Origin: Sulfurimonas sp.
GTDB lineage: Bacteria; Campylobacterota; Campylobacteria; Campylobacterales; Sulfurimonadaceae
Length of the DNA: 64,000 nucleotides
NCBI GenBank assembly: GCA_002899765.1
Contig: PPDH01000042.1
Location: 28,284 to 92,283 of the forward strand
Direction: 5' to 3'
Shown in pieces: positions 39,136 to 48,724 of this stretch. The notes below the pieces were generated by a model. That model saw only the letters and a program-made list of their open reading frames with translations. It made no database searches and was not told the DNA's origin. A program made the position numbers and the translations under genes. Numbering within the stretch: position 1 is the first letter of the stretch; every line of letters starts with the position of its first letter.

Positions 39136-39795
39136 TTAAAGTATTAAAATACCATTGAGAACAAGCACTCCTACTATCATAAGCAAAAGTGCCGCCGCGC
39201 GTTCTATAAAAAGCCTGTAAGAGGAGAACTGAATCATAAATCCCTTAATAACTTTTGATACTATAAATCCGTAAAACAGAATTGAAAACATAACGGCTCC
39301 GAGTCCGAAAAATAGCCCCAGCCCTATAGTGTTATAAATATTGCTGCTGTTTGCCGCAACTGCCAAAAGTGCCATTATCGGGGCACATGGATTTACGGAC
39401 ATCGTTGCACCGATAGCAAAAAAACCAAATTTATCTGATTTAGGTTTCTTTATTAGCTGTGTTGTGTGTTGGCATGAAGAGGTGGGGTTGAAACTTTTAT
39501 AGAGCAAAAATGCTCCCATGCCGATAGTGCTAAAGCCCAAAATAAATCCGAACAAAGAGTTGTCGTTAAGTAGTTGTTTTACCCAAGCAGAGCTAAGATA
39601 GGCAACCATGGCTATAAGCGTATAGCTCATTATCCTGCCCAAACTAAAGGGCAGGATAATTCTCAGTGCTTGTTTTGTAGTGTTTGAATTACTAACAAGC
39701 AGAGGCGTTAAAAACGGCATACATGAGAACATACATGCCGTTGCTCCATAAGAGAGACCTATGATAAAGATTGAAAAAAAAGCCGTAAATTCCAT
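39136..39795 (-). CDS. UreH-like / DsbD_2-family integral membrane protein (paralogue of 16607-17320)
   Basis: 219 aa, polytopic, with Cys motifs ATACMFSCMPF and VNPCAPIM in TM segments. Confidence 0.55.
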   Translation of the reverse strand: MEFTAFFSIFIIGLSYGATACMFSCMPFLTPLLVSNSNTTKQALRIILPFSLGRIMSYTLIAMVAYLSSAWVKQLLNDNSLFGFILGFSTIGMGAFLLYKSFNPTSSCQHTTQLIKKPKSDKFGFFAIGATMSVNPCAPIMALLAVAANSSNIYNTIGLGLFFGLGAVMFSILFYGFIVSKVIKGFMIQFSSYRLFIERAAALLLMIVGVLVLNGILIL

Positions 39796-39813
39796 AAATA
39801 ATCTCTTTTTCGG

Positions 39814-40194
39814 CTAGTTTTTTTCTGCAACTATTCCAAGATTTGTAAAGTTTTTTTGTATTAAAGCATCCAAAAGAATTACAAAGTGGTCAAACTTTGC
39901 ATTTTTATCACAATTTATATGAATAGGCGTATCTTCTTTATAGTCACATAATTTGTGCTCTACGTCATCTATGAGAACAACCGTTTTGTCAAAGAGAATC
40001 TTTCCGTCTTGTTTAATTGTAATAGTTAAATTTTTTTTATTTTCCTGTTTTGCTGCTACTTCTGACTCCGGAAGATCAACAGGAATAACTCCCTTCGCAA
40101 CAAAAGTAGCAGTGGTTAATACTATTACAAGAAGTACAAGCATGATGTCTATAAAAGGCACGACATTGATAGAATCAAATTTTTTAATTTGCAT
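39814..40194 (-). CDS. exbD: Biopolymer transport protein ExbD
   Basis: 126 aa. INVVPFIDIMLVLLVIVL is the typical ExbD/TolR TM segment. It overlaps exbB by 11 nt. Confidence 0.85.
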   Translation of the reverse strand: MQIKKFDSINVVPFIDIMLVLLVIVLTTATFVAKGVIPVDLPESEVAAKQENKKNLTITIKQDGKILFDKTVVLIDDVEHKLCDYKEDTPIHINCDKNAKFDHFVILLDALIQKNFTNLGIVAEKN

Positions 40195-40627
40195 GTTTTT
40201 TCTTTTGATGAATATCCCAAAGAGCTAAAACAACCTCGATTTTTCTAGCCAAATGGTTATAAAACACCGTAGCAGGGATAGCTACTAAAAGACCCATCGC
40301 CGTAGCTTTAAGAGCAAGTGCCAAAGATGTCATGATTATCTTAACATCCAAATCATTGCTTTGCCCCATGGCATAAAAGGTGATGATTATCCCAAATACG
40401 GTACCCAAAAGACCAATATATGGAGCATTTGAACCAAATGTTGAGATAATGTTGATATTGTTTGTAAGAACGATTTCAAGTTCTTCTTTTGTCTCAAAAT
40501 TGCTTACATCTATGCTTTTATAAAACATAAGTCTCTCAATCCAAAACCAAAAAGCGATGAAACTCATAACTCAAAGAAGTCCAATAATGCCATAATCAAC
40601 ACCATCTTTAATTAGTTCTATGTTCAT
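40184..40627 (-). pseudogene. exbB: ExbB/MotA/TolQ-family proton channel, with the N-terminal 18 codons cut off by an in-frame TGA at 40571-40573
   Basis: The ORF-track ORF is 127 aa. The same frame continues upstream: ATG(40625-40627) MNIELIKDGVDYGIIGLL*VMSFIAFWFWIERLMFY. The C-terminal part carries the ExbB signature (APYIGLLGTVFGII ... ALKATAMGL). Confidence 0.75.
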
Positions 40628-40641
40628 ATATCTGCCTAATA

Positions 40642-42825
40642 TTAAAATTTAACCGACAACCCTGCCGTATATACTCTGCCTGGATTTACCGTAATTGATA
40701 AATCTTCTGCATTAAAAAGACCGTCTTCATTTCTGTCACCGCTTGATCTTGCCGTGTTGTAGTAAAACTTATCAAAAACATTGTCTACTCTTGCAAAAAG
40801 GTTATACTGATAATCACCTATTTTATTTGTGTAGCTTGCAAGCAGGTTTAATGTTGCATGACCCGGTATCTTGATTTGATTTAAATCATCTGCGTAATAC
40901 TCGGATTTTGCATTTACCTCTGATGTTAGTTTTAGCTCATTTATCGGCATATAGTCTAAAATAAGATTTAACTGATGCTTCGGAGTTCTAGGGATTTGGT
41001 TGTTAGTTGCATCAAAAAATGTAACAATTGAACTACGATAACTACCGTCTAAATCAATACCGAAATTATCATACTTTGTATAATATGCATCAAGATAGGT
41101 ATATGCAGCATTAAATGACAACTTATCAATAACATTGCCTATTACAGAGAGCTCTAAACCTCTATGTTTCGCACCTCCGACATTATCCCACATGTCTGTA
41201 GTATCCGTATCTCCATAGTTACCTGATGTTTTCATGATAAAGTCTTCTCTGTCAATTTGAAAAATTGCAGCTTCGTACGTGATTCCTTTTGCTTTTGCTC
41301 TAAGACCTATCTCATAGTTAAATGATTTTTCAGGATCTAAGTCGGGATTGTTTTGGGTGCTTCCCCATGCACTAGTGTCTCCGGCGTAAAGTTGATTAAC
41401 CGTAGGTGCTCTAAAACCCGTTGAGTAATTTGCATAAATATTTAAATCATCGTTTATCTTATAGTTCATTCCCAGTCTGTATGAGTAAACTTTGAAGTCA
41501 TTTTTAATATTGTTGTTTTGGTAATCTTTATAGTCCAGTTTAATTAAATCATAGCGAATGTTTGCAGTTGCACTTAAATCTTTTGTAATTTCCTGCTTGT
41601 ACTCACCATAAATAGCGTAAACGTTTTCATCTGTAGTATCATCGCTCTTTGCATCGCCTGCTAAGTAGTAATCAGGAGTTACGGAGTAAGAAGGGTAGTA
41701 TCTTACCAAAGCTTGATTGACTCTGTAGGTAGATTTGTTTTCATACTCGTTAAATCTTAAATCAAGACCCAAGAGAGTAGCAAACGTGTCAAACGAACTT
41801 CTATATTCACTCTTTACTCCTCTTTGTATTTGTGCATACTCGTTGTCATAAGTATAATCACTATCATCAAGAGAAGGATCCGAAGCTCCGCTGCCGTCTT
41901 TTGTTTGCGGTGCTGACATGTAAGACGTGTCGTCTGTATAGATATATCCGTTTACAAGCAGATTTGAGTTGCTGCTAAAATCTTTAGAGTATGTAAGAAA
42001 GAGTTTTAATAGTTCAACATCATAATCTCTTGTGTAATCTCTATTGTCTTGATTTCCATCATAAACAGATTCTGGATTTGTTCTTGCCGCTGTTTCTCCG
42101 CCTACGGTTCCGTGTGTATCTTTTGCTCTGTCTGAATACTCAAAGCCAAAAGATATGTCAGATGTATCATCAAGATAGTATTGAATTTTACCGTTTAAAT
42201 ATTTTGTTTTATAGTCTGAATCTTCCCAGTAACCATCAGATTTTCTTTGACTTGCCTGAATATGAAAACTTAAGTCATCATTTGCGTAACCGCTTCTTGC
42301 CAGGACTTTTTGATAGCCGTCGCTGCCGAACTCAACCGCTCCGTAATTGTGGTTGTATTTTGCACCTTTTTTTGTTGTAATAATAATCGCACCTGAGAGT
42401 GCATCATCTCCAAATAGGTATGAAGCCCCGCCTTTGATTACTTTTATACTCTCTACATTATCAAGGTCAATATTTACCTTTCCTGTTCTCTCAAATACAG
42501 GAACACCGTCGATAACAACGGCAACGCCTGGTTTTTCACCCATATACATCTGGTTCTCTACACCTCTGAGGTGAATTTTTAGCGAATCACCTGAAGTATA
42601 CTCTGTCGTTACCCCGGGAATTGATTGTAAAAGCTGCTGCACACTTTCTGCATGTGCTTCATCAACTTTTTCGCCGCTAATCGTAGTCGTAGTTGAAACC
42701 TCAGTTTTTTTTGTGTCAAACTTACTGTCGATAGTAGAGGACTCAACCTGGATTGTTCCTAAATCCGACGCAGAGGCACCAATTGCCAGAGCGCAGATTG
42801 CTGAAAGATATACCCTTTTTTTCAT
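40642..42825 (-). CDS. TonB-dependent outer-membrane receptor
   Basis: 727 aa with a signal peptide, a plug domain (IKVIKGGASYLFGDDALSGAIIITTKKG), a 22-strand barrel and a terminal aromatic residue (...TAGLSVKF). Confidence 0.9.
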   Translation of the reverse strand: MKKRVYLSAICALAIGASASDLGTIQVESSTIDSKFDTKKTEVSTTTTISGEKVDEAHAESVQQLLQSIPGVTTEYTSGDSLKIHLRGVENQMYMGEKPGVAVVIDGVPVFERTGKVNIDLDNVESIKVIKGGASYLFGDDALSGAIIITTKKGAKYNHNYGAVEFGSDGYQKVLARSGYANDDLSFHIQASQRKSDGYWEDSDYKTKYLNGKIQYYLDDTSDISFGFEYSDRAKDTHGTVGGETAARTNPESVYDGNQDNRDYTRDYDVELLKLFLTYSKDFSSNSNLLVNGYIYTDDTSYMSAPQTKDGSGASDPSLDDSDYTYDNEYAQIQRGVKSEYRSSFDTFATLLGLDLRFNEYENKSTYRVNQALVRYYPSYSVTPDYYLAGDAKSDDTTDENVYAIYGEYKQEITKDLSATANIRYDLIKLDYKDYQNNNIKNDFKVYSYRLGMNYKINDDLNIYANYSTGFRAPTVNQLYAGDTSAWGSTQNNPDLDPEKSFNYEIGLRAKAKGITYEAAIFQIDREDFIMKTSGNYGDTDTTDMWDNVGGAKHRGLELSVIGNVIDKLSFNAAYTYLDAYYTKYDNFGIDLDGSYRSSIVTFFDATNNQIPRTPKHQLNLILDYMPINELKLTSEVNAKSEYYADDLNQIKIPGHATLNLLASYTNKIGDYQYNLFARVDNVFDKFYYNTARSSGDRNEDGLFNAEDLSITVNPGRVYTAGLSVKF

Positions 42826-42923
42826 CTATTTACTCCATTTAAGTAATTTTTAATTTTGTCATACGGCGAAGTATAATAAACAAGTGTTACTTTTGTGTTA
42901 ATTTTAAGATTTAAATAAAATTT

Positions 42924-42942
42924 AATAATGAAATGTATTATG
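42924..42942. promoter_or_regulatory. Fur-box-like palindrome upstream of the TonB-dependent receptor operon
   Basis: AATAATGAAATGTATTATG matches 13 of 19 positions of the classical GATAATGATAATCATTATC consensus, with ATAAT-N7-ATTAT dyad symmetry. It lies about 100 bp upstream of the receptor start codon. Confidence 0.3.
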
Positions 42943-43039
42943 AAGGTGTATAAATTTTTCCCAGATAGGCGTTTTGGTTCGGAATAATAGAGTTTTTTAC
43001 TCTCTTTTTAGATTGCCTCACTTCTCATTTGCAATAACT

Positions 43040-43070
43040 GTCATTGCGAGAAGCCTGCGACGAAGCAATC
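43040..43070. repeat. REP/MITE-like element GTCATTGCGAG-N-GCAATC, copy A
   Basis: GTCATTGCGAGAAGCCTGCGACGAAGCAATC lies 18 nt downstream of the stop of the minus-strand flavoprotein gene. It belongs to the same family as 55136-55161 and 60101-60194. Confidence 0.65.
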
Positions 43071-43087
43071 ATAAGTATAATCATTTT

Positions 43088-44287
43088 TTAGCGGTTTTTT
43101 ATCCTGTTTTTATACCCTGTGTTGATACGCAGGCGAAGTCCGAGATAGTAAGCGTATGTTATAGCTTTTTTGAGCAGATAAGCACTGTATCCTTTTACTT
43201 TTATCACACCAAAAAGCTCACCGCTTGCCCAGTTTCCGCCAAGAGCGATAAATACGCCAAGTACTTTTGCATCAAATGGTTTTATATTTTTTTTGTCTAT
43301 TTTTTTACGGATAGATTCTGCCACATACTCCGCACTTCTCTCGGCAGTTTGCGCAGTCGGGGGCAATATATTTTGTTTTGCATCTCTAATCTCGACACAA
43401 TCTCCTATGGCAAAAACATTCTCTTTGGTGCCGATATTTAGCATCTCATCGGGAATAAACTGAGAAATTCTATTTTTTTGTGTATCTACACTCTCGTTTA
43501 GTTCAGATGCCTTGATACCGCCCGTAAAAATCATAAAGTGGTACTGCAGCGTATCTCCGTTTTTAAAGTAGATGGTTTTGTCATCCATTTTCTGGATAAA
43601 AGCGTCTGTTAAAATATTGACTCCAAGAGATTCAAGTCTTTTGTGCGTACTCTTTACTAAAAAATCGCTCATTCCTGGTAAAATCGTCTTGCTTGCATCT
43701 ATAAGGTGGATTTTTATGCCCTCGACTCTGTTTCCTAGTGTTTTTTTATAGACTGAAACAACATTTGCCATCTCCGCAGCCACTTCAACACCGCTTAGTC
43801 CTGCTCCTCCTATGGTCAAATTTATATCCTGCGAAGCATCTTCATTTTGAAGTTTTTTATAGATAATATTTTCAAATTCTACTCTGAAGTTGTGCGCTCT
43901 ATTTAAATTTTTTACACCGAAACTATGTTCTCTAAGCCCCTCGATAAATGAGAAAAAGTTTGTTTTTGCCCCTGTTGCGATTATAAGATAATCGTACGTT
44001 ATTTTACCGCTGCATACTTCTACATGTTGGGATTCAAAATCGATACATAGCGCATTGTCATAAACAAAATTGATTTTTTTCTCAAATCCGTTGCACCAAT
44101 CCTGCAGGTCAATAACCACGTCATGTAAGTCAAATCTGCCTGCTATATAACCATACGCTTCTGTTTGGAGATAGTGATAGGGATGTTTATCTATAAGCGT
44201 TACATCTATATCTTCATGTTTTGCCAAAAATTCGATAGCGCGAAGTCCGCCGTATCCTCCGCCTATAACAACTACTTTTTTACTCAA
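43088..44287 (-). CDS. Type II NADH:quinone oxidoreductase-like FAD flavoprotein (NDH-2 / SQR-related)
   Basis: 399 aa with two dinucleotide folds (VVVIGGGYGGLRA; LTIGGAGLSGVE) and AIGDC near the C-terminal third. Confidence 0.7.
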   Translation of the reverse strand: MSKKVVVIGGGYGGLRAIEFLAKHEDIDVTLIDKHPYHYLQTEAYGYIAGRFDLHDVVIDLQDWCNGFEKKINFVYDNALCIDFESQHVEVCSGKITYDYLIIATGAKTNFFSFIEGLREHSFGVKNLNRAHNFRVEFENIIYKKLQNEDASQDINLTIGGAGLSGVEVAAEMANVVSVYKKTLGNRVEGIKIHLIDASKTILPGMSDFLVKSTHKRLESLGVNILTDAFIQKMDDKTIYFKNGDTLQYHFMIFTGGIKASELNESVDTQKNRISQFIPDEMLNIGTKENVFAIGDCVEIRDAKQNILPPTAQTAERSAEYVAESIRKKIDKKNIKPFDAKVLGVFIALGGNWASGELFGVIKVKGYSAYLLKKAITYAYYLGLRLRINTGYKNRIKNR

Positions 44288-44346
44288 ATTTTGCCTTTTG
44301 CGCCATAAAATGGCTAGAATTATACAAAAAATTACTTAGGTTAAGA

Positions 44347-45267
44347 ATGACGATTGAACAAATAAGAGAACTGTTGCAAAACAGCGCTAAAGATGCAGCA
44401 GATGAGTTTAAAAGACTCTTTCACGGGCGCGGCGGACTTTATGAAGGGTACAAACATTTAACTATAGACTCAATTGATACTATCTTACATGTATCGCTCT
44501 ATTTCCAAGAGAGAGGTGAAAATGAACTCATAGAGATGTTAAAAGAGTTTGCAGCTTCAAGCAGATATAAAACTGTCGTAGTTCAAAGACGCTATATAAA
44601 GGGTGCTCCAAGCGAAGTTATTCTAGGAGATTTAGAAGAGAATCTCTTTGTAGTTGAAAATAACATGAAGCTAAAACTCAATCTTCTCTCAAATCAAAAC
44701 AGCTTCTACTTTCCCGATATGAAAAACGGCAGAGCGTTTGTGAGAGAAAACGCAAAAGATAAAAATGTGCTTAACCTCTTTAGCTATACATGTGCCTTTA
44801 GCGTCGCGGCAAAACTCGGCGGCGCACGAAGTGTGGTAAATATCGACATGAGCAAAGGCGCACTTTCTGTAGGGCGTGCTAATCATCATCTTAACGATAT
44901 AGATACAAAAGGTGTTAGTTTTTTACCTTACAATATTTTAAAATAATTCTCACGCATAAAGAAAAAAGGATTGTACGATTTGATTATCATAGATCCGCCG
45001 AGCTTTCAAAAAGGGAGTTTTGAAGCTACAAAAGATTACCAAAAAATCATCAAAAAACTGCCCGAAATTGCATCGCAGGAGTGTATACTGCTTGCATGTC
45101 TGAATTCACCGGATTTGGACTCAGATTTTTTGATAGAGCTTATACGCGAGTTTGCTCCCGGTTTTACATTTATAGAGCGTCTTGAAAATGTAAAAGAGTT
45201 TGCAAGTCAAGATGAAGAGAGAAGTCTTAAAAATCTTGTATTTAAAACAAAGGTAACATCTGTGTAG
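44347..45267 (+). pseudogene. RlmI/YccW-like class I SAM-dependent methyltransferase, interrupted by an in-frame TAA at 44944-44946
   Basis: ORFs 44347-44946 and 44971-45267 share one frame. The peptide ...VLNLFSYTCAFSVAAKLGG...VSFLPYNILK*FSRIKKKGLYDLIIIDPPSF is contiguous with the RlmI pattern (DVFKLL...GEKFDVIVMDPPKF). Confidence 0.7.
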
Positions 45268-45305
45268 CCTTTTTAATTTATAATCGCACAAAAAAAAGGA
45301 ATGTA

Positions 45306-45677
45306 TTGCGCGATTTTTTTAAAAAATATACGGAAATAATTACTGCCACTCTCATTTTTTTAACGATATTTACACTTAAGTATGATTTTTATAAAGTAAT
45401 TATACTTATGCTTGAATTTATTGTGATTATTGAAGTAGTAAAAATGATTTCTGATTTTATACTCAAAAGAAAACTAAGGCTTCGTTTTGTGATTGATGTC
45501 TTTATCATCTTTCTAATCAGAGATGTCATAATTTTATCGACACATAAAGTAAAAGAGTATAACGATATACTCTTTTTACTCTTTGTGATTTTTGTCTTTT
45601 TTATCTTTATAATATTTGCTATTCGCTACTCTCCTACACAATTTACAAACAGTAAGTCGCTAAAAGAGCGGATTTGA
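45306..45677 (+). CDS. PsiE-like small membrane protein
   Basis: 123 aa with 4 TM segments and a PsiE-like core (EFIVIIEVVKM...FLIRDVII). It has a TTG start with an AAGGAA ribosome-binding site. Confidence 0.45.
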   Translation: MRDFFKKYTEIITATLIFLTIFTLKYDFYKVIILMLEFIVIIEVVKMISDFILKRKLRLRFVIDVFIIFLIRDVIILSTHKVKEYNDILFLLFVIFVFFIFIIFAIRYSPTQFTNSKSLKERI

Positions 45678-46200
45678 CTTCGCTGTATTTCTGAGTGCCT
45701 TTTAATTTTTTGACTATTTGCAGACCAAAGCAGATAGCCGTTGCTGGTCCTCGTGATGTCATAACATTAGCGTCTTGCACGACCATCTCTTTGTCGCTGA
45801 ATCCATCTTCTCTAATCTGTTCTTCCATGCTTGGATAACATGTATAGTTGTGTTTCAAAACTCCTGCCGTATGAAGTGCGAGAGGTGCGGCGCAGATGGC
45901 TCCTATGTTTTTGCCCTCTTTATCCATCTCTTTGAGAATTCTTTGGATATTTACATCATCACGCAAAGCTACAGTTCCGCCCCAGCCTCCGGGCAGCACT
46001 ATCATGTCAAGAGTTTTTATATCAACGTCGTCTATAGTCATGTCGGCTAAAACTCTCACGTTATGCGCGCCTTGAACCGTCATAGCGGCATCCAAAGAGG
46101 CAACCAAAACCTCAATCCCGCCTCTTCTTAAAACATCTATAATATTTATCGCCTCAATCTCTTCAAAACCGTTTGCCAAAGGCACTAAAACTCTGCTCAT
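45643..46200 (-). CDS. DJ-1/PfpI (ThiJ/YajL-like) family protein
   Basis: 185 aa with GFEEIEA, LPGG, and the nucleophile-elbow AICAAP. Confidence 0.8.
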   Translation of the reverse strand: MSRVLVPLANGFEEIEAINIIDVLRRGGIEVLVASLDAAMTVQGAHNVRVLADMTIDDVDIKTLDMIVLPGGWGGTVALRDDVNIQRILKEMDKEGKNIGAICAAPLALHTAGVLKHNYTCYPSMEEQIREDGFSDKEMVVQDANVMTSRGPATAICFGLQIVKKLKGTQKYSEVKSALLATYCL

Positions 46201-46365
46201 AATCTCTCCTCATATTTCTATATTTTAAATTCTATACTTTTAATGTTAGGATTTGCTTAACTCTGATAAGAAACGAGAAAGAGTGAGAATGGGTCTGTGT
46301 ATAAAGCGCTCTTTACTTTTTTTTAGTATAATCACTAAATTTTAACAAAGGTAAAAGAGAACCTC

Positions 46366-47424
46366 ATGATAGATTATCAAACCATTAAACCTTGGCTCTT
46401 TAAGCTAGAACCGGAGAGCGCACACCATCTTGCGGAATTTGTTCTTAGATTGCCAAATATCTGCCAAATACCTTTCAACCCGTTTTTGGAGTCCCACTTT
46501 GTAACAAACGAGATTTTAAAACAGGAGCTGTTCGGGCGTACTTTTTTAAATCCGATAGGACTTGGTGCAGGATTTGACAAAAATGCTACCATGATTCGCG
46601 GCATGCAGATTTTAGGATTTGGTTTTACCGAGATAGGAACCGTTACGCCTAAGCCTCAAGAGGGAAATCCAAAACCCAGAATGTTCCGCCATATTGAGGA
46701 GCAAAGCATTCAAAATGCGATGGGCTTTAACAATGACGGACTCTTGATGGTGCAAAAAAGATTAAAGCAGAGATTTCCTTTTACAACCCCTATTGGCATA
46801 AATATCGGCAAAAATAAAATCACGCCTGAAGCCGAAGCTATAAACGATTATACGACGCTTATCAAAGCGCTTCATGAGCTGGGGGATTATCTGGTTATCA
46901 ATATCTCATCGCCAAACACTCCTGGTTTAAGAGATTTGCAAAACGAAGAGTTTATAACAAGACTTTTTCAAGAGGCAAAAGCGATAACCACAAAGCCGAT
47001 TTTACTAAAAATAGCGCCCGACATGAGTAAAGAGGATGCAGTAGCACTCACAACGCTTGCGGTAGAAAAGGGGGCTGATGGCATCATAGCTACAAACACA
47101 ACCGTTGATTACTCGCTTGTAAAACACCCAAAGGAGATAGGCGGACTTAGCGGCGCAGTTCTTTGTGAGAAGAGTTTTGAGATGTTTGAAGCGGTTGCAA
47201 AAGAGCTTTACGGTAAAACGACACTTATATCAGTCGGCGGTATTGACTCTGCCAAAGAGGCTTACAGACGCATAAAAGCAGGAGCTTCTCTTGTTCAAAT
47301 CTACAGCGGTCTTATCTTTGGCGGACCCGACATGATAAAAGATATAAACATGGAGCTTACCGAGCTTATCCTTGCAGACGGTTACACAAATATCACACAA
47401 GCAATAGGCGCGGATAGAAAATAG
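46366..47424 (+). CDS. pyrD: Dihydroorotate dehydrogenase (quinone), class 2
   Basis: 352 aa with GLGAGFDKN, GFTEIGTVTP, NISSPNTPGLR, IATNTT and GGI..A. A TATAAT lies at 46327-46332. Confidence 0.9.
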   Translation: MIDYQTIKPWLFKLEPESAHHLAEFVLRLPNICQIPFNPFLESHFVTNEILKQELFGRTFLNPIGLGAGFDKNATMIRGMQILGFGFTEIGTVTPKPQEGNPKPRMFRHIEEQSIQNAMGFNNDGLLMVQKRLKQRFPFTTPIGINIGKNKITPEAEAINDYTTLIKALHELGDYLVINISSPNTPGLRDLQNEEFITRLFQEAKAITTKPILLKIAPDMSKEDAVALTTLAVEKGADGIIATNTTVDYSLVKHPKEIGGLSGAVLCEKSFEMFEAVAKELYGKTTLISVGGIDSAKEAYRRIKAGASLVQIYSGLIFGGPDMIKDINMELTELILADGYTNITQAIGADRK

Positions 47425-47425
47425 C

Positions 47426-48724
47426 ATGAAATTTCTTTTGGCACTCACACTAATTTTAGGAACATTAATGGCATCATCACTACCAAAATATGAAACAAAA
47501 ACACTCAAGAATGGACTGCAAATTGTTGTTATACCGTTAAAGAACAATACAAACGTCATCAGCACCGATATCTTTTACAAAGTCGGAAGCAGAAATGAAG
47601 TTATGGGCAAAACAGGAATTGCACACATGTTAGAGCACATGAACTTTAAATCTACAAAAAACCTCTCTGCCGGTGAGTTTGATAAAGAGGTAAAGAGTAT
47701 AGGCGGCATAAACAACGCTTCAACAAGCTTTGACTACACACATTACTACATAAAATCAAGCACGCAAAATCTTGATAAATCGCTTGAACTCTATGCAGAA
47801 CTTATGCAGAACCTAAATCTAAAAGACAAAGAGTTTCAGCCTGAGCGTGATGTTGTAGCCGAAGAGAGACGCTGGAGAACAGAGAACTCTCCTCTTGGTT
47901 ATCTCTACTTTGCCCTCTTTAACAACGCTTATGTTTACCACCCTTATCACTGGACACCGATTGGTTTTATGAATGATATCCAAACATGGACGATTCAAGA
48001 TATCAAAGATTTTCACAAAACATACTACCAGCCAAATAACGCGATTTTGATGGTAACGGGTGATGTAGATCCAAAAGAAGTTTTTAAAAAAGCCAAAAAA
48101 AGATTCGGACATGTAAAAAACGGAACTAAAATCCCTGAGTTTAAATTTGTAGAACCTGAACAAGACGGACAAAAAAGAGTTACTATAAAAAGAGAGAGTG
48201 AAGTTGAGATGATTGCTCTTACTTTTCACATACCCGACTTTAAGCATGAAGATCAAGTAACGCTGAGTGCAATATCTGAGATTTTATACTCGGGCAAAAG
48301 CTCAAGACTTTACAAAGAACTTATGGATAAGAAGCATCTTGTAAACAGTGTATATGCGTACAATATGGAAAATATAGACCCGGGTCTTTTTATATTTTTG
48401 GCTACATGTAATCCTGGAGTAAAAGCCGAAGATGTTGAAAGTGAGCTTATAAAACAGATAGAGTTGATAAAAAACAAACCGGTAACGCAAAAAGAGCTTG
48501 AGAAAGTAAAGATAAATTCTAAAGCTGATTTTATCTACTCACTGGAGAGCTCAACTTCGGTAGCAAATCTTTTTGGAAGTTATCTTGTACGCGGAGATTT
48601 GACACCGCTTTTGACTTATGAAGAAAATATTGAAAAAATTACACAAGAAAAAGTACAAGAGGTCGCAAACAAGTACTTTAACTTTGACAAATCAACAACA
48701 CTTATTTTAAAAAAAGGGAACTAA
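47426..48724 (+). CDS. M16-family zinc peptidase (periplasmic, signal peptide)
   Basis: 432 aa with the inverted zinc motif HMLEHM and a downstream Glu region. Confidence 0.8.
   Translation: MKFLLALTLILGTLMASSLPKYETKTLKNGLQIVVIPLKNNTNVISTDIFYKVGSRNEVMGKTGIAHMLEHMNFKSTKNLSAGEFDKEVKSIGGINNASTSFDYTHYYIKSSTQNLDKSLELYAELMQNLNLKDKEFQPERDVVAEERRWRTENSPLGYLYFALFNNAYVYHPYHWTPIGFMNDIQTWTIQDIKDFHKTYYQPNNAILMVTGDVDPKEVFKKAKKRFGHVKNGTKIPEFKFVEPEQDGQKRVTIKRESEVEMIALTFHIPDFKHEDQVTLSAISEILYSGKSSRLYKELMDKKHLVNSVYAYNMENIDPGLFIFLATCNPGVKAEDVESELIKQIELIKNKPVTQKELEKVKINSKADFIYSLESSTSVANLFGSYLVRGDLTPLLTYEENIEKITQEKVQEVANKYFNFDKSTTLILKKGN

Noticed and set aside
42974-43441. 155-aa plus-strand ORF spanning the intergenic repeat and the 3' end of the NDH-2-like gene
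   Set aside because: It overlaps the well-supported minus-strand flavoprotein gene, and it begins by translating the GTCATTGCGAG repeat element (VIARSLRRSN). It is a typical spurious repeat-derived ORF.
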